The notes: generated by a model not told the origin, from the letters alone. Counted from the stretch's first letter, positions 51,003-64,000 are shown. The stretch: DNA of 64,000 bases from Macrostomum lignano (GCA_002269645.1 NIVC01000368.1:248001-312000), one strand, 5' to 3'. Translations and numbers: made by a program.

Positions 51003-51046
<44 letters not shown>

Positions 51047-51516
51047 ACAGCGGCAATGATAAAGACAAAGCTGCCACCACTATTCAGAGCAGCGTAAAAG
51101 GCTACCAAGCTAGAAAATCTGCCGCTGAAAAAGTTGGCGCCAACGATGGCAAGCAGCAACAACAGCAGAAGCAACAGCAACAGCAGAAGCAGCAGTCAAC
51201 GCCGCAAGAGTTGGACAAGGCCGCCACAACGATTCAGTCGGCTTACAAGGGGCATCAGACTAGGAAGCAGGCTGTAGCAAAATCTGCCGCTAAGACGCCT
51301 CAACAGCAGCAGCAGCAGCAACCCCAGCAGCAGCAAGGAGCCACAGCCAAGCCCGAAAAGACGCCGTCAGAAGCGGCCGCCGCTGGCAACATTCAAGCCG
51401 CGGTGAACAGCTACAAGACTAGGAAGGACGCCGCCAAGTCTGAGGCCTCCAAACAGCAGGCGACGACTTCTGGTGCAAATCAGCCGTCTCAGCAGCAGCA
51501 GCCGCCGCCGAACTAA
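45736..51516 (+). CDS. DCDC2-like tandem doublecortin-domain protein with polyQ tracts and five IQ-like motifs
   Basis: Exons 45736..46175, 46581..46701, 46774..46868, 46959..47093, 47181..47327, 49459..49515, 49680..49779, 50578..51516, phase-consistent. DCX1 is KSVYLYRNGD...GAVR..VTP...YVV..GERFK. Linker IRPVFHNR. DCX2 is RVYRNGD...RKLYDISG...YVAAGHEPF. IQ-like motifs follow AAxxIQxxx(R/K)Gxx(T/A)RK. Confidence 0.85.
46210..46565. repeat. (TCAG)n microsatellite with larger compound units, DCX gene intron 1
   Basis: Direct reading; ends ~15 bp before the acceptor. Confidence 0.95.
47405..48220. repeat. 17-18-bp minisatellite with ~71-bp higher-order structure
   Basis: Monomers ATCAGATCCCACCCACAC, ATCAGATCCAACCCACTC, ATAGATCCCACCCATCC and ATCAACTCCCACCTACCC recur in order. 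Confidence 0.85.
48575..48740. repeat. (CTGT)n microsatellite
   Basis: Direct reading. Confidence 0.95.
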
Positions 51517-51819
51517 CGGTCTGAATTATTTAAAGCGTAGCTACCGTAGCTCGTACTTGGCAAGCAGCTCCCGGTTACTGGTAGTAACAGTTGCTAGGAG
51601 GAATTGAAACCCCAAACTAACAAAGATTAAAAAATATTTAACGCTGATTTTCGCGCTTACATGGTTAACTGAATTACTTTAATTAATCACGCTTTTCTCA
51701 CTTAAATTTTCTCACTAATTTTGCTTGCTGTATATTGCTGATTAATATTTAATTTGACTCAATAAGCTAAATAAGATTTTGAGTAGCTAATCTTGATTCT
51801 CTATACTTCCATTACTTCC

Positions 51820-53700
51820 TAACCTATCTACGTCCATAGTTCTACTTAACCAACCACTTCCTGACTCTGCCTACCCAATCTACCCAACCACTTCCTGACT
51901 CTGCCTACCCAATCTACCCCAACACTTCCTGATTCTGTCTACCCAATCTACCCAACCACTTCCTGACTCTGCCTACCCAATCTACCCCAACACTTCCTGA
52001 TTCTGTCTACCCAATCTACCCAACCACTTCCTGACTCTGCCTACCCAATCTACCCCAACACTTCCTGATTCTGTCTACCCAATCTACCCAACCACTTTCT
52101 GACTCTACCTACCCAATCTACCCGACCACTTTCTGACTCTACCTACCCAATCTACCCGACCACTTTCTGACTCTACCTACCCAATCTACCCGACCACTTC
52201 CCGACTCTACCTACCCAATCTACCCGACTCTGCCTACCCAATCTACCCGACTCTGCCTACCCAATCTACCCAACCACTTCCTGACTCTGCCTACCCAATC
52301 TACCCCAACACTTCCTGATTCTGTCTACCCAATCTACCCCAACACTTCCTGATTCTGTCTACCCAATCTACCCCAACACTTCCTGACTCTGCCTACCCAA
52401 TATACCCCAACACTTCCTGATTCTGTCTACCCAATCTACCCCAACCACTTCCTAACTCTGTCTACCCAATCTACCCAACCACTTCCTGACTCTGCCTACC
52501 CAATCTACCCAACCACTTCCTGACTCTGCCTACCCAATCTACCCCAACACTTCCTGACTCTGCTTACCCAATCTACCCCAACACTTCCTGATTCTGTCTA
52601 CCCAATCTACCCCAACACTTCCTGATTCTGTCTACCCAATCTACCCCAACACTTCCTGATTCTGTCTACCCAATCTACCCCAACACTTCCTGATTCTGTC
52701 TACCCAATCTACCCCAACACTTCCTGATTCTGTCTACCCAATCTACCCCAACACTTCCTGATTCTGTCTACCCAATATACCCCAACCACTTCCTAACTCT
52801 GTCTACCCAATCTACCCGACTCTGCCTACCCAATCTACCCGACTCTGCCTACCCAATCTAAACCAACACTTCCTGATTCTGTCTACCCAATCAACCCCAA
52901 CCACTTCCTAACTCTGTCTACCCAATCTACCCGACTCTGTCTACCCAATCTACCCGATTGGGTAGATCTAACCACTTTCTGACTCTACCTACCCAATCGA
53001 CCCAACCACTTCTCGACTCTACCTACCCAATCTACCTGACCACTTCCCGACTCTACCTACCCAATCTACCCGACTCTGCCTACCCAATCTACCCGACTCT
53101 GCCTACCCAATCTACCCGACTCTGCCTACCCAATCTACCCCAACACTTCCCAATATACCCCAACCACTTCCTAACTCTGTCTACCCCAATCTACCCGACT
53201 CTGCCTACCCAATCTAAACCAACACTTCCTGATTCTGTCTACCCAATCAACCCCAACCACTTCCTAACTCTGTCTACCCAATCTACCCGACTCTGTCTAC
53301 CCAATCTACCCGACTCTGCCTACCCAATCTACCCAACCACTTTCTGACTCTACCTACCCAATCGACCCAACCACTTCTCGACTCTACCTACCCAATCTAC
53401 CTGACCACTTCCCGACTCTACCTACCCAATCTACCCGACTCTGCCTACCCAATCTACCCGACTCTGCCTACCCAATCTACCCGACTCTGCCTACCCAATC
53501 TACCCCAACACTTCCTGATTCTGTCTACCCAATCTACCCCAACCACTTCCTAACTCTGTCTACCCCAATCTACCCGACTCTGCCTACCCAATTTACCCAA
53601 CCACTTTCTGACTCTACCTACCCAATCGACCCAACCACTTCTCGACTCTGCCTACCCAATCTACCCAACCACTTCCCGACTCTACCTACCCAATTAACCT
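51820..53700. repeat. Mixed 23/34-bp minisatellite
   Basis: Units ACCCAATCTACCCAACCACTTCCTGACTCTGCCT and ACCCAATCTACCCGACTCTGCCT are interspersed. Confidence 0.92.
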
Positions 53701-53862
53701 ACTAATCTAATACTTCATAGCTTCACTTGCATCAATCTTTCCATTCTAGAAGCATATCTAAGCCGCCTTTATCCAAGAAACCTCTTTCTCAGCTAATCAA
53801 ACAATCCTATTCAATTAGTTTAGACCTCTCGCACAGCGTTTGTTGCTAAATTGGCCATGCAG

Positions 53863-54869
53863 TGCAAATTTCTAACGCCTCGCACTTACAGCGCGCAACC
53901 AATAGCAACGCCGCACTAACCAACGGCGATGGCTCTGGTCAAGGTGGCAACGCCACTTACAGAGCTCCGCTGGCATCACCGCCGCCTCAACAACGCAATG
54001 ATTTGTCGTCACCAACTAACCAAGACGCTAATCTGATAAATGGCCAACACGCTAACGATAGTCGCTTTGATTTTAACCAAGATGATGATTATAATGCGGT
54101 AATTATATTTTAGGGATAAATTATAGCTAATTATATCGATTACCTATATGCTTATGTAGTGCGCCGTCAGATTATTGATTTAGCTCGTATAGTCTAAGAC
54201 TTTAATAATTATGGCTTAGTTATTTTTAGCCTAATTGGACCTTTACGTAACCATATTGTACCTACTCGTAACTGACTGTACCTACTCGTAACTCGATTGT
54301 ACCTACTCGTAACCTGATTGTATCTACTCGTAAACTGAGTGTACCTACTCGCAACTTGATTGCACCTACTCGTAACCTGATTGTACTTACTCGTAACCTG
54401 AGTGTACCTAATCGTAACTTGATTGTACCTACTCGAAACTTGATTTTACATTATCTACTCGTAACCTGAGTGTACCTACTCGTAACCTGAGTGTACCTAC
54501 TCGTAACCTGAGTGTACCTACTCGTAACCTGGGTGTACCTACTCGTAACCTGAGTGTACCTACTCGTAACCTGAGTGTACCTACGATCGTAACTAAGTAC
54601 CCTAGATACCAGCTACAAAGAAATCGAGTTCATAGGTACTGTAGGCCGTGTAATACGCATTTACCTGTAAGAATTAGCTATAGAACAGCTGACAGAACAG
54701 TAATGATCAATTTAAGCTAAATAAAAAAAATTATTGCATTCTCATCCCACAGCAGGCAGACTTTGACTATGTGCACCATCAAGCGGCCACTAAGATCCAA
54801 GCTAATTATCGCGGCTACATCACCCGGAAGCACCTGGCAACGAATAGCAATTCTAATAACTCTACATAA
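53863..54869 (+). CDS. Two further exons ending in a canonical IQ motif; probably an alternative 3' end of the DCX-IQ gene
   Basis: Exons 53863..54098 (AG acceptor, GT donor) and 54753..54869 encode ..DDDYNA|QADFDYVHHQAATKIQANYRGYITRKHL..stop. The upstream join is uncertain. Confidence 0.6.
54230..54590. repeat. 21-bp minisatellite
   Basis: Unit GTAACCTGAGTGTACCTACTC. Confidence 0.9.
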
Positions 54870-57569
54870 AAAGATCAGTGAATTAATTATTTTTTATTTG
54901 TAAACAAAGTATAGGACACTGTTTATTTTGTTTTTTTTTCCTGTGGTCGGATAACACCTATAGATGTACTTTTCTATCTTAAACTATTAACCTTCTTCCC
55001 GAAACAAGTTTATTATTTTTAATCCAGCTCTTTGCATCCCAATAAAGTTTGAACGCTGTTTAGGACCTGCAGCGCTCTTTATTAATTGTTTAACTTTTAT
55101 TGTTTTATTTTAAATTGACTTCGATTTTAGAAGTATTTTTCGTTCACTTGAAACTAAAATCTATGAATTGATAATTGATCACCGTTGTGTTAACTTTCTG
55201 CTGTATTTTTATCTGCTATAGTAGTAAACAAGGTGTTAATAATATTGAAATTTAACGTAATAAACCAACGCAAATCACAAAACCCTTGACCAATCACGTT
55301 CATTTCCCAGAATTTGCACAATCCTTTTTATTTTACAATAGGCTGTAGAGCCTTCTTGTTGAGACTAAAATACATATGATGATTTAAGTGGTATTTTAAC
55401 GTTTCGAGATCTCTAATTTTTACAGTCATGAGTCGTTAAAAAATCTTCTAAGCTGCAGTCGTTGACTTCCAAAGTAGCTTTTAATTTATTCAATAAGATT
55501 CTGAACTGAAAAGTCTAAAACAATGATTTTAAAAAAATAGACAACTCGTTCTGCATCTTACGTGTTCAAGTTCATCGTTTTTTACGAACTAACTACGACC
55601 TATGAGCTAATAAGACAATGATTCTCAGTCCTCAACGTTGCGTATGGTCAAAGGCCATTCTAGAACATTGCTCTCAGATATCTATTTTGAAGGTATATAG
55701 CTATCGATTTAGCTTACCGAAATGATCCCCGTGAGTGTTATAATAAGTATAATTATTTCTAAATTTGAACCTACAGTGACATGATTCAGGCTAGTCAAGT
55801 GACTATAAGTCTGCCACAAACTAGACGCGAGATCCAAAGCACTTGGCTTCCGTGCAAAAAATAGAATTGTAGAAGGACCACTGTACGCAGTACGCTTGTA
55901 TAACAGGACGTACGCTAAAATATCGTATAATTTTTAATGCCGATTTCCTGGAAAAAACACACTTCAGAGATACGAAATTTAGCCACTGCATTCGATCTGT
56001 GGCTTTTTAAAAGATTACTATTATTTTACGTTAGCATGCAGAACATGATGTTACTCTGTTTTATTTTATGTATCTGTGTAGTAAAGGTTTCTTTTTTTCA
56101 AATTATTTTCTTTTTGTTACATAATCACAGACCCAAAGCATTGTTAAATACTCGCAAGTGGTATGCGTTTAATTTTTAGTTTTGTTTCTTCCTGAATCAA
56201 ATTTTTAATAAAAAGTAACATGCTACATAATCTTCATTCACTGCCCCAGATCAAATGCAATCATTGGTTTCATGATGAAAAAAATATTCTTCATACCTTT
56301 GCAATGTTATAGTTTTTTTCAGGAAACTGCCCTCCAAAAAATTCACGATATTTGAGTTTTATCTTCTGGTATACTACGGTGGTCCTTGGGATTGGATCGG
56401 ACTGCACGAGTCATGTTTGGCACTAGCAGAACTACGCACTCAGTGATGAGTCATAGGGGAATGAGTCATGAAGGTTCTAGTTAGGTAGCTCGAGAGATAG
56501 TTAAGCATGTACATTCTGAGAGCAAATTAATTAAAGCAGACCTATCCTTGATACACAAAGTAACAAACTAAATAAACTAAGCGAAGTTTTTAATTGCATT
56601 CAATAAGATTTCTTAGAAAATGAAAAGGTTGTGGATCAGAATAGACATAGGTCTATTTTTTAGCTAGAAAAATAAAACTATAGCTGCTCGATGTACCAAA
56701 ATTACTGAAATAAATAAAAGCTTACAAAACAAATATTAATTGAACTAACTATAGCTATGCACAACTATAATGCACAAAAATAACTGCAATAAGTTGTGAA
56801 GCCTGCGATCAGTTTTAATTCACTTTGACATGAGTGTGCTCAAGTGTACATAGACCAGATTAAAGGAATGAAGGTTACGTGTATGTCGCCTTATACAATT
56901 GTCATATTGAATGAAGTAGATAAAAATCTGTCACGATATCAATTGCTTTATATAGCTTTGATAAAAAAACTTTCAAACAAAAGCTGATGAAGGAGAGTAT
57001 GGATGAATTGTAAAAACACAATGGTGCACGTATGACATTTGTAACTTGTCAAGCGCCAACTACGAGAGAGTTTACTTACAGCTGGACAACGATGCACTGG
57101 TAGCATATACAATTATATTTACGTGTAGACATGCTATAAGGTAACTTTAATTTGAAAAAAATATTACACTTTTTCAATTACCATGTAATGGTATATCATC
57201 ACCTACACAGACATACTTACCATTACGCAACAGTGACTTCAACTTGTCATTTTAGTGGGTAAATTATCACTGTACACAATGTCTACTGGTCTTTAACCGC
57301 TAACCTAAGCACCCTGAACACTGACGCGGTACGCAAGGCACTCGCTCACACAGAATGTTCACGATAATTTGCGTGCACAATTAAGCCAAAATTCATTTGC
57401 AGCTCGAATTCGACATCTTTATATACCGTTGTGTGCTGCTCTGCCATTCTTTTCCACGTGGCTACTAGACGGGTCATAGGCTTACTTCAATTGTCAAAAT
57501 AAAAAAAACTGTCAATGAAAACCAAACTAGAAAAACAAATGAATCTTATCAAAGTCTCATTTGAGTCTT

Positions 57570-60500
57570 TTAATCCACCCGTTTTCTTTGCTGCTGCTGT
57601 TGCTCTTTCAGTGCAGTCGCGACAGCCGATGGCAGATCCAGCTGATCCTCGTCAATGATAGACAGCTGCCGCCCGATGCCGAGCTCGCTGTTGATGACGC
57701 CGACAGAGGCTGAGCGCTCCTGATGGCTTGCGCCCACCGGCGACTCGGAGTCATCCGGGCTCATGTCGATCTCGCGGACGTCGCTGGAGGATCGCGGCCT
57801 CAGCTGCTCAATGTCAAGCGTCAGAAGGTGCTTGCCAGAGCAGCAGCTATCGGCTTTCCCAGCGCGATCCTTGGTGGCAAGATCTGGCGACAAACTTTGC
57901 CTCTGCTGCTGCTCCTGCTGCTGAACTCGCTGCTTAATTGGCTGCTTTGATCTTGATGGCGAAGACATGTTCATGTCTAGAAACTTATTCGGCAGCTGAA
58001 GCTGCTGATATTGATTTGGGCCCTGCGGTTGCTGCTGCTGTTGCCTTGGCGACAGCGGCCGGTTAATGCGCTGGCCTCGCTTACCGATGGAACCAACGCC
58101 CGGGTCGATGACAACGCTGACGCCCTCCATGGTGTGAAGCGTCGGCGACAGTGGCGGCGAGAATGGCGCGTTGACTTTCACGATGTAGCTGAGATCGGCG
58201 TCGTCGTCTTCGATGGCCTCAAGAATTCGGTCGGACGCGGCGAGCTGCTTCTGCTGCTGCTTGGCCGCCTGGCCGGGGCGCCGGCGGTGCTGCCAAGGAA
58301 TTCGTTGGATTGCTTGCCAATTGAAGCAGTTGGTAACAGAACAGCTTTTTATGGTTAAGTGTTACTTTAAGTTTAGAATTGTTACATTTGAGTTTTACTT
58401 CAAGGATGCATGCATATACACGGTTAACAAAATTGTTTTAATGCCGTAAGTAGTGTAGTAAGAACATGCGTATTTAAATCTAAAAAGCAGAAAGTGAATC
58501 ACTATTGAGTAAATGCGCAAGCGTGAACCAACCAATTAAAATGTCATTCCACAACGTCTCTGATCGTGACCTGGGATTGTCAATCGAAAGCAAAACAATA
58601 AGTTTTTTTAGTTGTAACCGTATCTACGTACTTCAAGAAAATCATCATTCAAAGAATTAAGAATAAGGTAGAAATCAGCTCGAGTATTTATTAGTTCTAA
58701 AAAACTTGTTTCAGCTTATCTTCTCACCTGGCCAATGCTACTTCCGCTGATGCCGCTTCCCGCAGCGGCACCAACCGTCATCAGCGATGCCGTTCGTCGC
58801 TTAGCCCTGGCACTTTCGCCTCTGCTAGTCGCAGCGGTAGCCGGCGACAGCGACAAACGCTGCCGATGCTTGCGATGTCGAACAACGTCCTCAGTTGACA
58901 ACGCCGCCGCGCCGTCTGACTCGTCGTCGCCTTCATCCTCATCTACGTCGTCTCCAGTTGCATCGTCGGCATCGTCGTCGTCTTCGTAGTCGTCGTCGTC
59001 GTCGTCGTCAAGGAGATCTGTTTTGGCGTCGTCCTCGTTCTCATCCTCCTCGTTGATGTCCTCGCAGTTAGAGCTTTCGATGCCAGCCTTGCTGGCCGAC
59101 GCGCTGATGGGGACGTCTTTTCCAGATCCACCGGATCGACGCCGGGCCGGCTGCTGCTGCTGCTGGTGCCGCTGCCGCTGCTGTTCGCGCATCTGCATTC
59201 GCTGCATTTTGCTCATCAGCCTTCTGTGCGTGTTGGTCCGGGGACTGTTGGCGGCCACGGTCATTGCCAGCTTGCATTTTAGCTTCTCCTGGAAGCGCTG
59301 CTGCGACTGGCGTAGACTGTCGAGCCAAGCAAGCTGCATGGTTGATGCATTTGACGTGGGTGGAATTTAGCTGCGCCCTCAATGGCAAATAAGGACACGT
59401 AAAAAGAGTCTTTTAAAGTGACCCCATGAGAAAGATGCTGAGGTCAAAGGTAGCAACCGGATCAGAATGTAAAAAGTACAGAAGCGGGCTTCGTGCTGAT
59501 AAAGATTCCTCCTTATTAGAAGCAGGGGGTTGTGTGCACCCTGGTACACTTAAGCGACACTGTCACACAACCGGCGAGAGGCATCACTGCCCGTTCCGCC
59601 GACTCCTCTGAGCAGGCACACAAGCGCGCGGATACGTACGCAGTCATACGCACAGGCACAAACTCACACAGGAGTGTACAGCGGCCCTAAATTTATTTAT
59701 CGTTAGGCATGTACACTTCATTGTGCCTTGGGGGGTTGGCCCTCAAGCTGGGAGTTAATTGCCGGGAATTTGCTGCGAGTTCAAGCTGGGATGTGACTGC
59801 ACTTGGAATCGAGCCTGGGCCTCTGGCACATCAGAGCGCCTTTCTAGACCACTGGGCTACGGCCTCTCTTAACTATTGCTGTGCGTACAGTGCACATGTA
59901 TCTATAATTAACATTTCGATAGTTGAGTCAAAATAAAACTAACAAACCTCTTTCCCATCCGCATATATTCCTCAGAATACGACCATAAAATATGTACGTA
60001 AGGAAAGGATGATGATGCGGAAACTGCACTATTCCAAAACTTCTCTGCCGCAAGAAAGTCGGACAACACAATCGTGTCCACAGGCGCAAAGTTTTACCTT
60101 CTGCTGATCTCCGGCCGACTGGAGAGTGTAAACTCCGATGATCTGTTGAAATCGGCTGATATGGATGAGCACAAATGCGTGCTTGAGACCGTTGGCTGAA
60201 AAGTTTTTAAAGCAAAATGTGTTTGCTACAAACTGTCAAAAATAACTATTTATGCAAAGCTAGGTACTTCATTGCGAGCACGTCACGAGTTCTTTACCAA
60301 ACCGAGTAAGTCAAAAGCCATGAACCCTTGTAATTCTTCATGAGTCTGTGCTTGTGTCAAATCATGCAGTTCTCAAGGAGCCCTGTACATGTAGTACTTT
60401 CGCAGAAACTTCTTTGCTGCCTCGACAAAATCTATTTCCCATTACTCGTATGTAATTCTCTACAATTCGTGTCACGAACCAACACGGCTTCTACCATAAG

Positions 60501-60933
60501 TCCCGAGCAAACATCACTTCACTTTCACACTGCATGGGTTCGAAATTTGAGCTTGCAAAGACTCACCATTCGCTTCAACGTAGCCAATATCGTGAATGCT
60601 GAATCGATCCAGCGCGATTGGCTGCCGATAGACCACGAACAGTGCGCCATCCGTTGGGGACATGGAGTACACTGAGCTGCTCTCGTTTACCGATCGCTGT
60701 TGGAAGAAATGGTTAATACAAAACTTGAAACCTGAAATCGATTTTTAATAGAACATTAAATGCAGTTTAATCTCACCTTCTTGGGTGGCTTCTTCACCTT
60801 GGTCAGAAGTAGTATGTCGTCAAAGAGAAAGCAGTAAACTTCTGTACTACGATTTGTCTCTGAAATTTGGAGTAGAATGAAAAATGTCTGCCTGCGTGTC
60901 TTATCTTTCTGTCTGTCTGTCTGCCTGCCTGCC

Positions 60934-61026
<93 letters not shown>

Positions 61027-64000
61027 GCCTGCCTGCCTGCCTGCCTGCCGGTCCGTATGTTCAGCTCACCAACGAGGCTGAGCAGTCCCTCGTGAATGAG
61101 TTGTCGCTTCGGATTGGCGATGAGTTTCTCGCACGGCTGGCAGCTCAGGCTGCTCTTGAGAAAGTCGGGAATGAAGGCTTTGGTCTCGAGCTCGGTAATC
61201 GGAGGCCAGATCAGCTGCTGCTGGATGTTCTGCAGGCGTTCAAAATTTCTCAGCCACTTCAGCTTGTCCTCAAGACTCTCTGTGTGTTAGGTAGTGAGAA
61301 GAAAATTAATATTGCGATTAACAAATTCTTCGAACTTCAAGAATCTATGACATAATTTTGCTTTATTTAACGTACTTAGCGAGTTTTCCACTCGCTTGAG
61401 GCTCTCAGTAAGCATAGCCTTGTTGCAGTCTTCGCTGGTGTACTTGCGTATTTGAGCCAACAGCAGGGGCATCTTGGTGCAGTGCTGCATTGGGGCCACT
61501 AAGAGATCCGTGATCTGCAGTCTGTGGCATCGAGGATCGACTTCGCATCGCTGAAGTTGATGTTATGGGCCGGGAGTATTGATTCGCCCAGTTCCGTGAC
61601 AAGTAGCCTCAAATTTTAAAGAAAAAGTTATCTTAAGTAAAACATTCAGTTGGGGCTTGTGTATGGGACCTGACGATTAGAAAGTCAGGATCTACGAGGA
61701 TGTACACCCTGTGTGAGCGTGTGTATGAGTGCTGTGCTTGCGTACAGTATTGGCGCGCTTGCATGCCTTCAGGAGTCAGCCGAATGGACAGAATTGCCTC
61801 AGCGTTAGTTGTAAGACAATGTCGTCGAAGGCGTTTGCTAGGGTGCCCGCAATCTTAATGCAATTATTATTATAAAATAGTGCGTGTGGGTTATATTTGC
61901 CTTTCCAAATCTTGGTATTGATCTTGGTATTGGTCCTACGAGACGTTGGGGCGCCCGACACTACCAACGGGGCGAACTTCGTCCGCTCTCAGGCTCTGCG
62001 GCGCGCCATCTGATGCATCCTGCTCTGTGACTTTGCTTGGGGTAATTTTTGTTGTTGTTTTTCTGTATGGTGTATGGCAAGCCAAGCAATTTAGGATTAA
62101 GATTCGCTGTATCGCTTACTAACAAGTAGAAATACGTGAAGTATCAGAATAAAACGTCTGAAATTTGCCGGTCCCAAGAAGCTTTTTCAGTGGATTTAAA
62201 TAATTCATCCCCTGCATGCATACGTTTTTGAATTTATGTATGCGCGCCTGTAGTCTGTTATTTACTGTTCGCTCGTTCTTCTTCGTTTCGTTACTATTTG
62301 TTTAGCGTCTGCGCGTCTACAGAATGAAAGACTGCTTGGAGTTGATCGCGTCCGTGAAGGCTTGTGTTTGCTTAGGAGAATTTGCTTTTGCTACTAGCAC
62401 TACCGGCCCGTATCAGTTTACAATCCTACAAGCAGACAGGTAGGCATAGGTAGAAGCGCGAAACTACACGTGAGCTGTCGACAGTTGGAAAAATCCACGC
62501 ACTTGTGTGTATCTGCCCTAACCGCGACAACGGTAACTCAATAATAGTGCCATTTTGCCCGCTAGCAACTAACTGCTCAATCAACTGGATTAATAGTGAA
62601 TTTAGTGCAAGTAAAAGTACAAATGGGAGCTCTCTGTCATACTTGAAACTCTTGCGCCGTGTTGATACCTAGTTCATTAGTATCCAAATTTATTTCTTGA
62701 TACGTGTGTGCACATGCAGACGATGAAGTAATTGTCAGTGCCGTTATCGATCCATCAAATGCCCCCGCGCATCACCTTAGAATCTTCAGATCCTGCATAC
62801 AAAATACTAATTATTCAAAAACTAATTATTACAAAGTTGTAACACTGTCTGACCAAGAAAAGCTGAGGTAGAAAGATGATGCACTTCATTTTCTTAGAAA
62901 TTAATGAGCTCGTAGGAGATCGGAATTTTCTCGAATGATTTTGTCTATGGAAAAACCCCTATCCAGCGCTATGCTTTCTGTGGAACATACTAAATGCACT
63001 AGCAATACCATGAATGCAGAGAGGTTCTTTACAGAACATGGTAACGAGTATGTGTCGTAGTTTATCAACAGATTAGCATTCTTAATTGGCTACCCCCCTG
63101 CATATGACAACAAGCTTTGTCAAGTATAAACTCTTGGAGCATGACTATCAGTAGGTAACGATGCATACGAGAAAATTCTTCAAAGCGCTCCGTGCCTATA
63201 ATGACAATAATTTTCTGAGAACTTTTCTATAAAATCTGTTCTTTCTTTTTTTCTGTAGCGTAAAAATCTACTTTTTACCAGCTTAGCTACGAGCCAAAAA
63301 TATGCCTATCTATATATATCAATCAGCTGAATTACAGACTGCTGCTTGTAATATCTACTTCATAGGTAATGATTAACGGCTGCAGTAATGCTCATACATC
63401 TGCTATTAGAAGGATTCTTATCTTGAACCTCATAGTTGCTTCCTGAAATCTCTAGGATACTATAGGATAAGAGATACCTCTTTATACTATAGCGTACATT
63501 CGGTGTTTAAAGAATTGCAATTTGTCAAACGCAAAACAATATTTACCTTCTCAAATTCAGAGAACTGCTCTTGTCTTCTCAGGATCTCCAGATAAGTGAT
63601 CGCACAGTGGTAGTTTAGGCAATAATTATGAAACACTTCTCCGTCTTTTGAGGACAGACTCCACTGGAAAGTAAGTTGGACTTTAAACAATAAACGATCT
63701 GTCTTTAACAATAAATTCGATAATTACAATCAGACTATCTGCTCACTCTTTTAAAAGCTTTCAACAGCCCAGAAGTTGTTCCGAATTGACCTCGTTTAGC
63801 TTCCTTGCAAAGCGTCGAGATTAAATCCCTTGAGAACGTGTAGCTTACCTATAGGGAGTTGTTTAAAACAAAATCATAATTCAACAAAAGTAATTATAAA
63901 GGTTATACACTTCATCAAAAACTGCTCAGGGAACTCACGTAACACAGCTCGTCAATATTTCCAAATAGGTCCTCAGGCTCAACAAACATCAGGTGGCCAT
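57570..64000 (-). CDS. PLEKHG7: PLEKHG7-like DH-PH RhoGEF, 3' part; 5' end lies beyond the window
   Basis: Exons complement(63939..>64000, 63747..63848, 63547..63663, 61376..61550, 61070..61279, 60777..60859, 60567..60696, 60098..60195, 58728..59333, 57570..58289), phase-consistent. Motifs YCLNY..AITYLE.LR, LLVAPMQ, LEDKLKWL.NF...Q....WPP, FIPDFLK, VYCFLFDDILLLTK and QPIALDR match recalled PLEKHG7. Confidence 0.85.
59705..59870 (-). mobile_element. tRNA-derived SINE-like element in a PLEKHG7 intron
   Basis: The minus strand has A box TAGCCCAGTGG (59849-59859) and B-box-like GGCTCGATTCC (59805-59815), followed by a non-tRNA body. Confidence 0.6.
60905..61050. repeat. (CTGT)n/(CTGC)n microsatellite in a PLEKHG7 intron
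   Basis: Direct reading. Confidence 0.95.

Noticed and set aside
50569-51180. PolyL, polyC and polyA antisense ORFs
   Set aside because: They are reverse-strand readings of the CAG/polyQ exon.
59705-59870. Functional tRNA gene
   Set aside because: A and B boxes are present but no complete cloverleaf; more consistent with a SINE head.

Overview
Eukaryotic (invertebrate animal) genomic DNA with GT-AG spliced genes. PolyQ-rich proteins, minisatellite-filled introns and the TE content suggest a free-living flatworm such as Macrostomum, but that is inference only. I reconstructed six host loci by hand with phase-consistent splice junctions: SLC35F5 (-, runs off the left edge), EMC8/9 (-), a complete cytosolic alpha-mannosidase MAN2C1 (+), an ADAM/ADAMTS-like metalloprotease that has lost its zinc-binding core (-), a DCDC2-like tandem-doublecortin protein fused to polyQ-spaced IQ motifs (+), and a PLEKHG7-like RhoGEF (-, runs off the right edge). 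Mobile DNA includes two Gypsy/Metaviridae remnants (one with near-intact pol and a 258-bp LTR, one with a dead integrase plus an unknown 256-aa ORF), a Penelope-like GIY-YIG fragment with a degenerate hammerhead motif, an RTE-like LINE relic, a CORE-SINE, a tRNA-derived SINE, MITE/foldback elements, and about 15 distinct tandem arrays, many abutting splice sites. No CRISPR array, rRNA or true tRNA gene was found. The most notable items are the DCX-DCX-IQ protein, the HExxH-deleted protease bracketed by direct repeats, the extra ORF in the Gypsy remnant, the intron-filling 40-bp arrays, and sharply bounded CpG-depleted domains.
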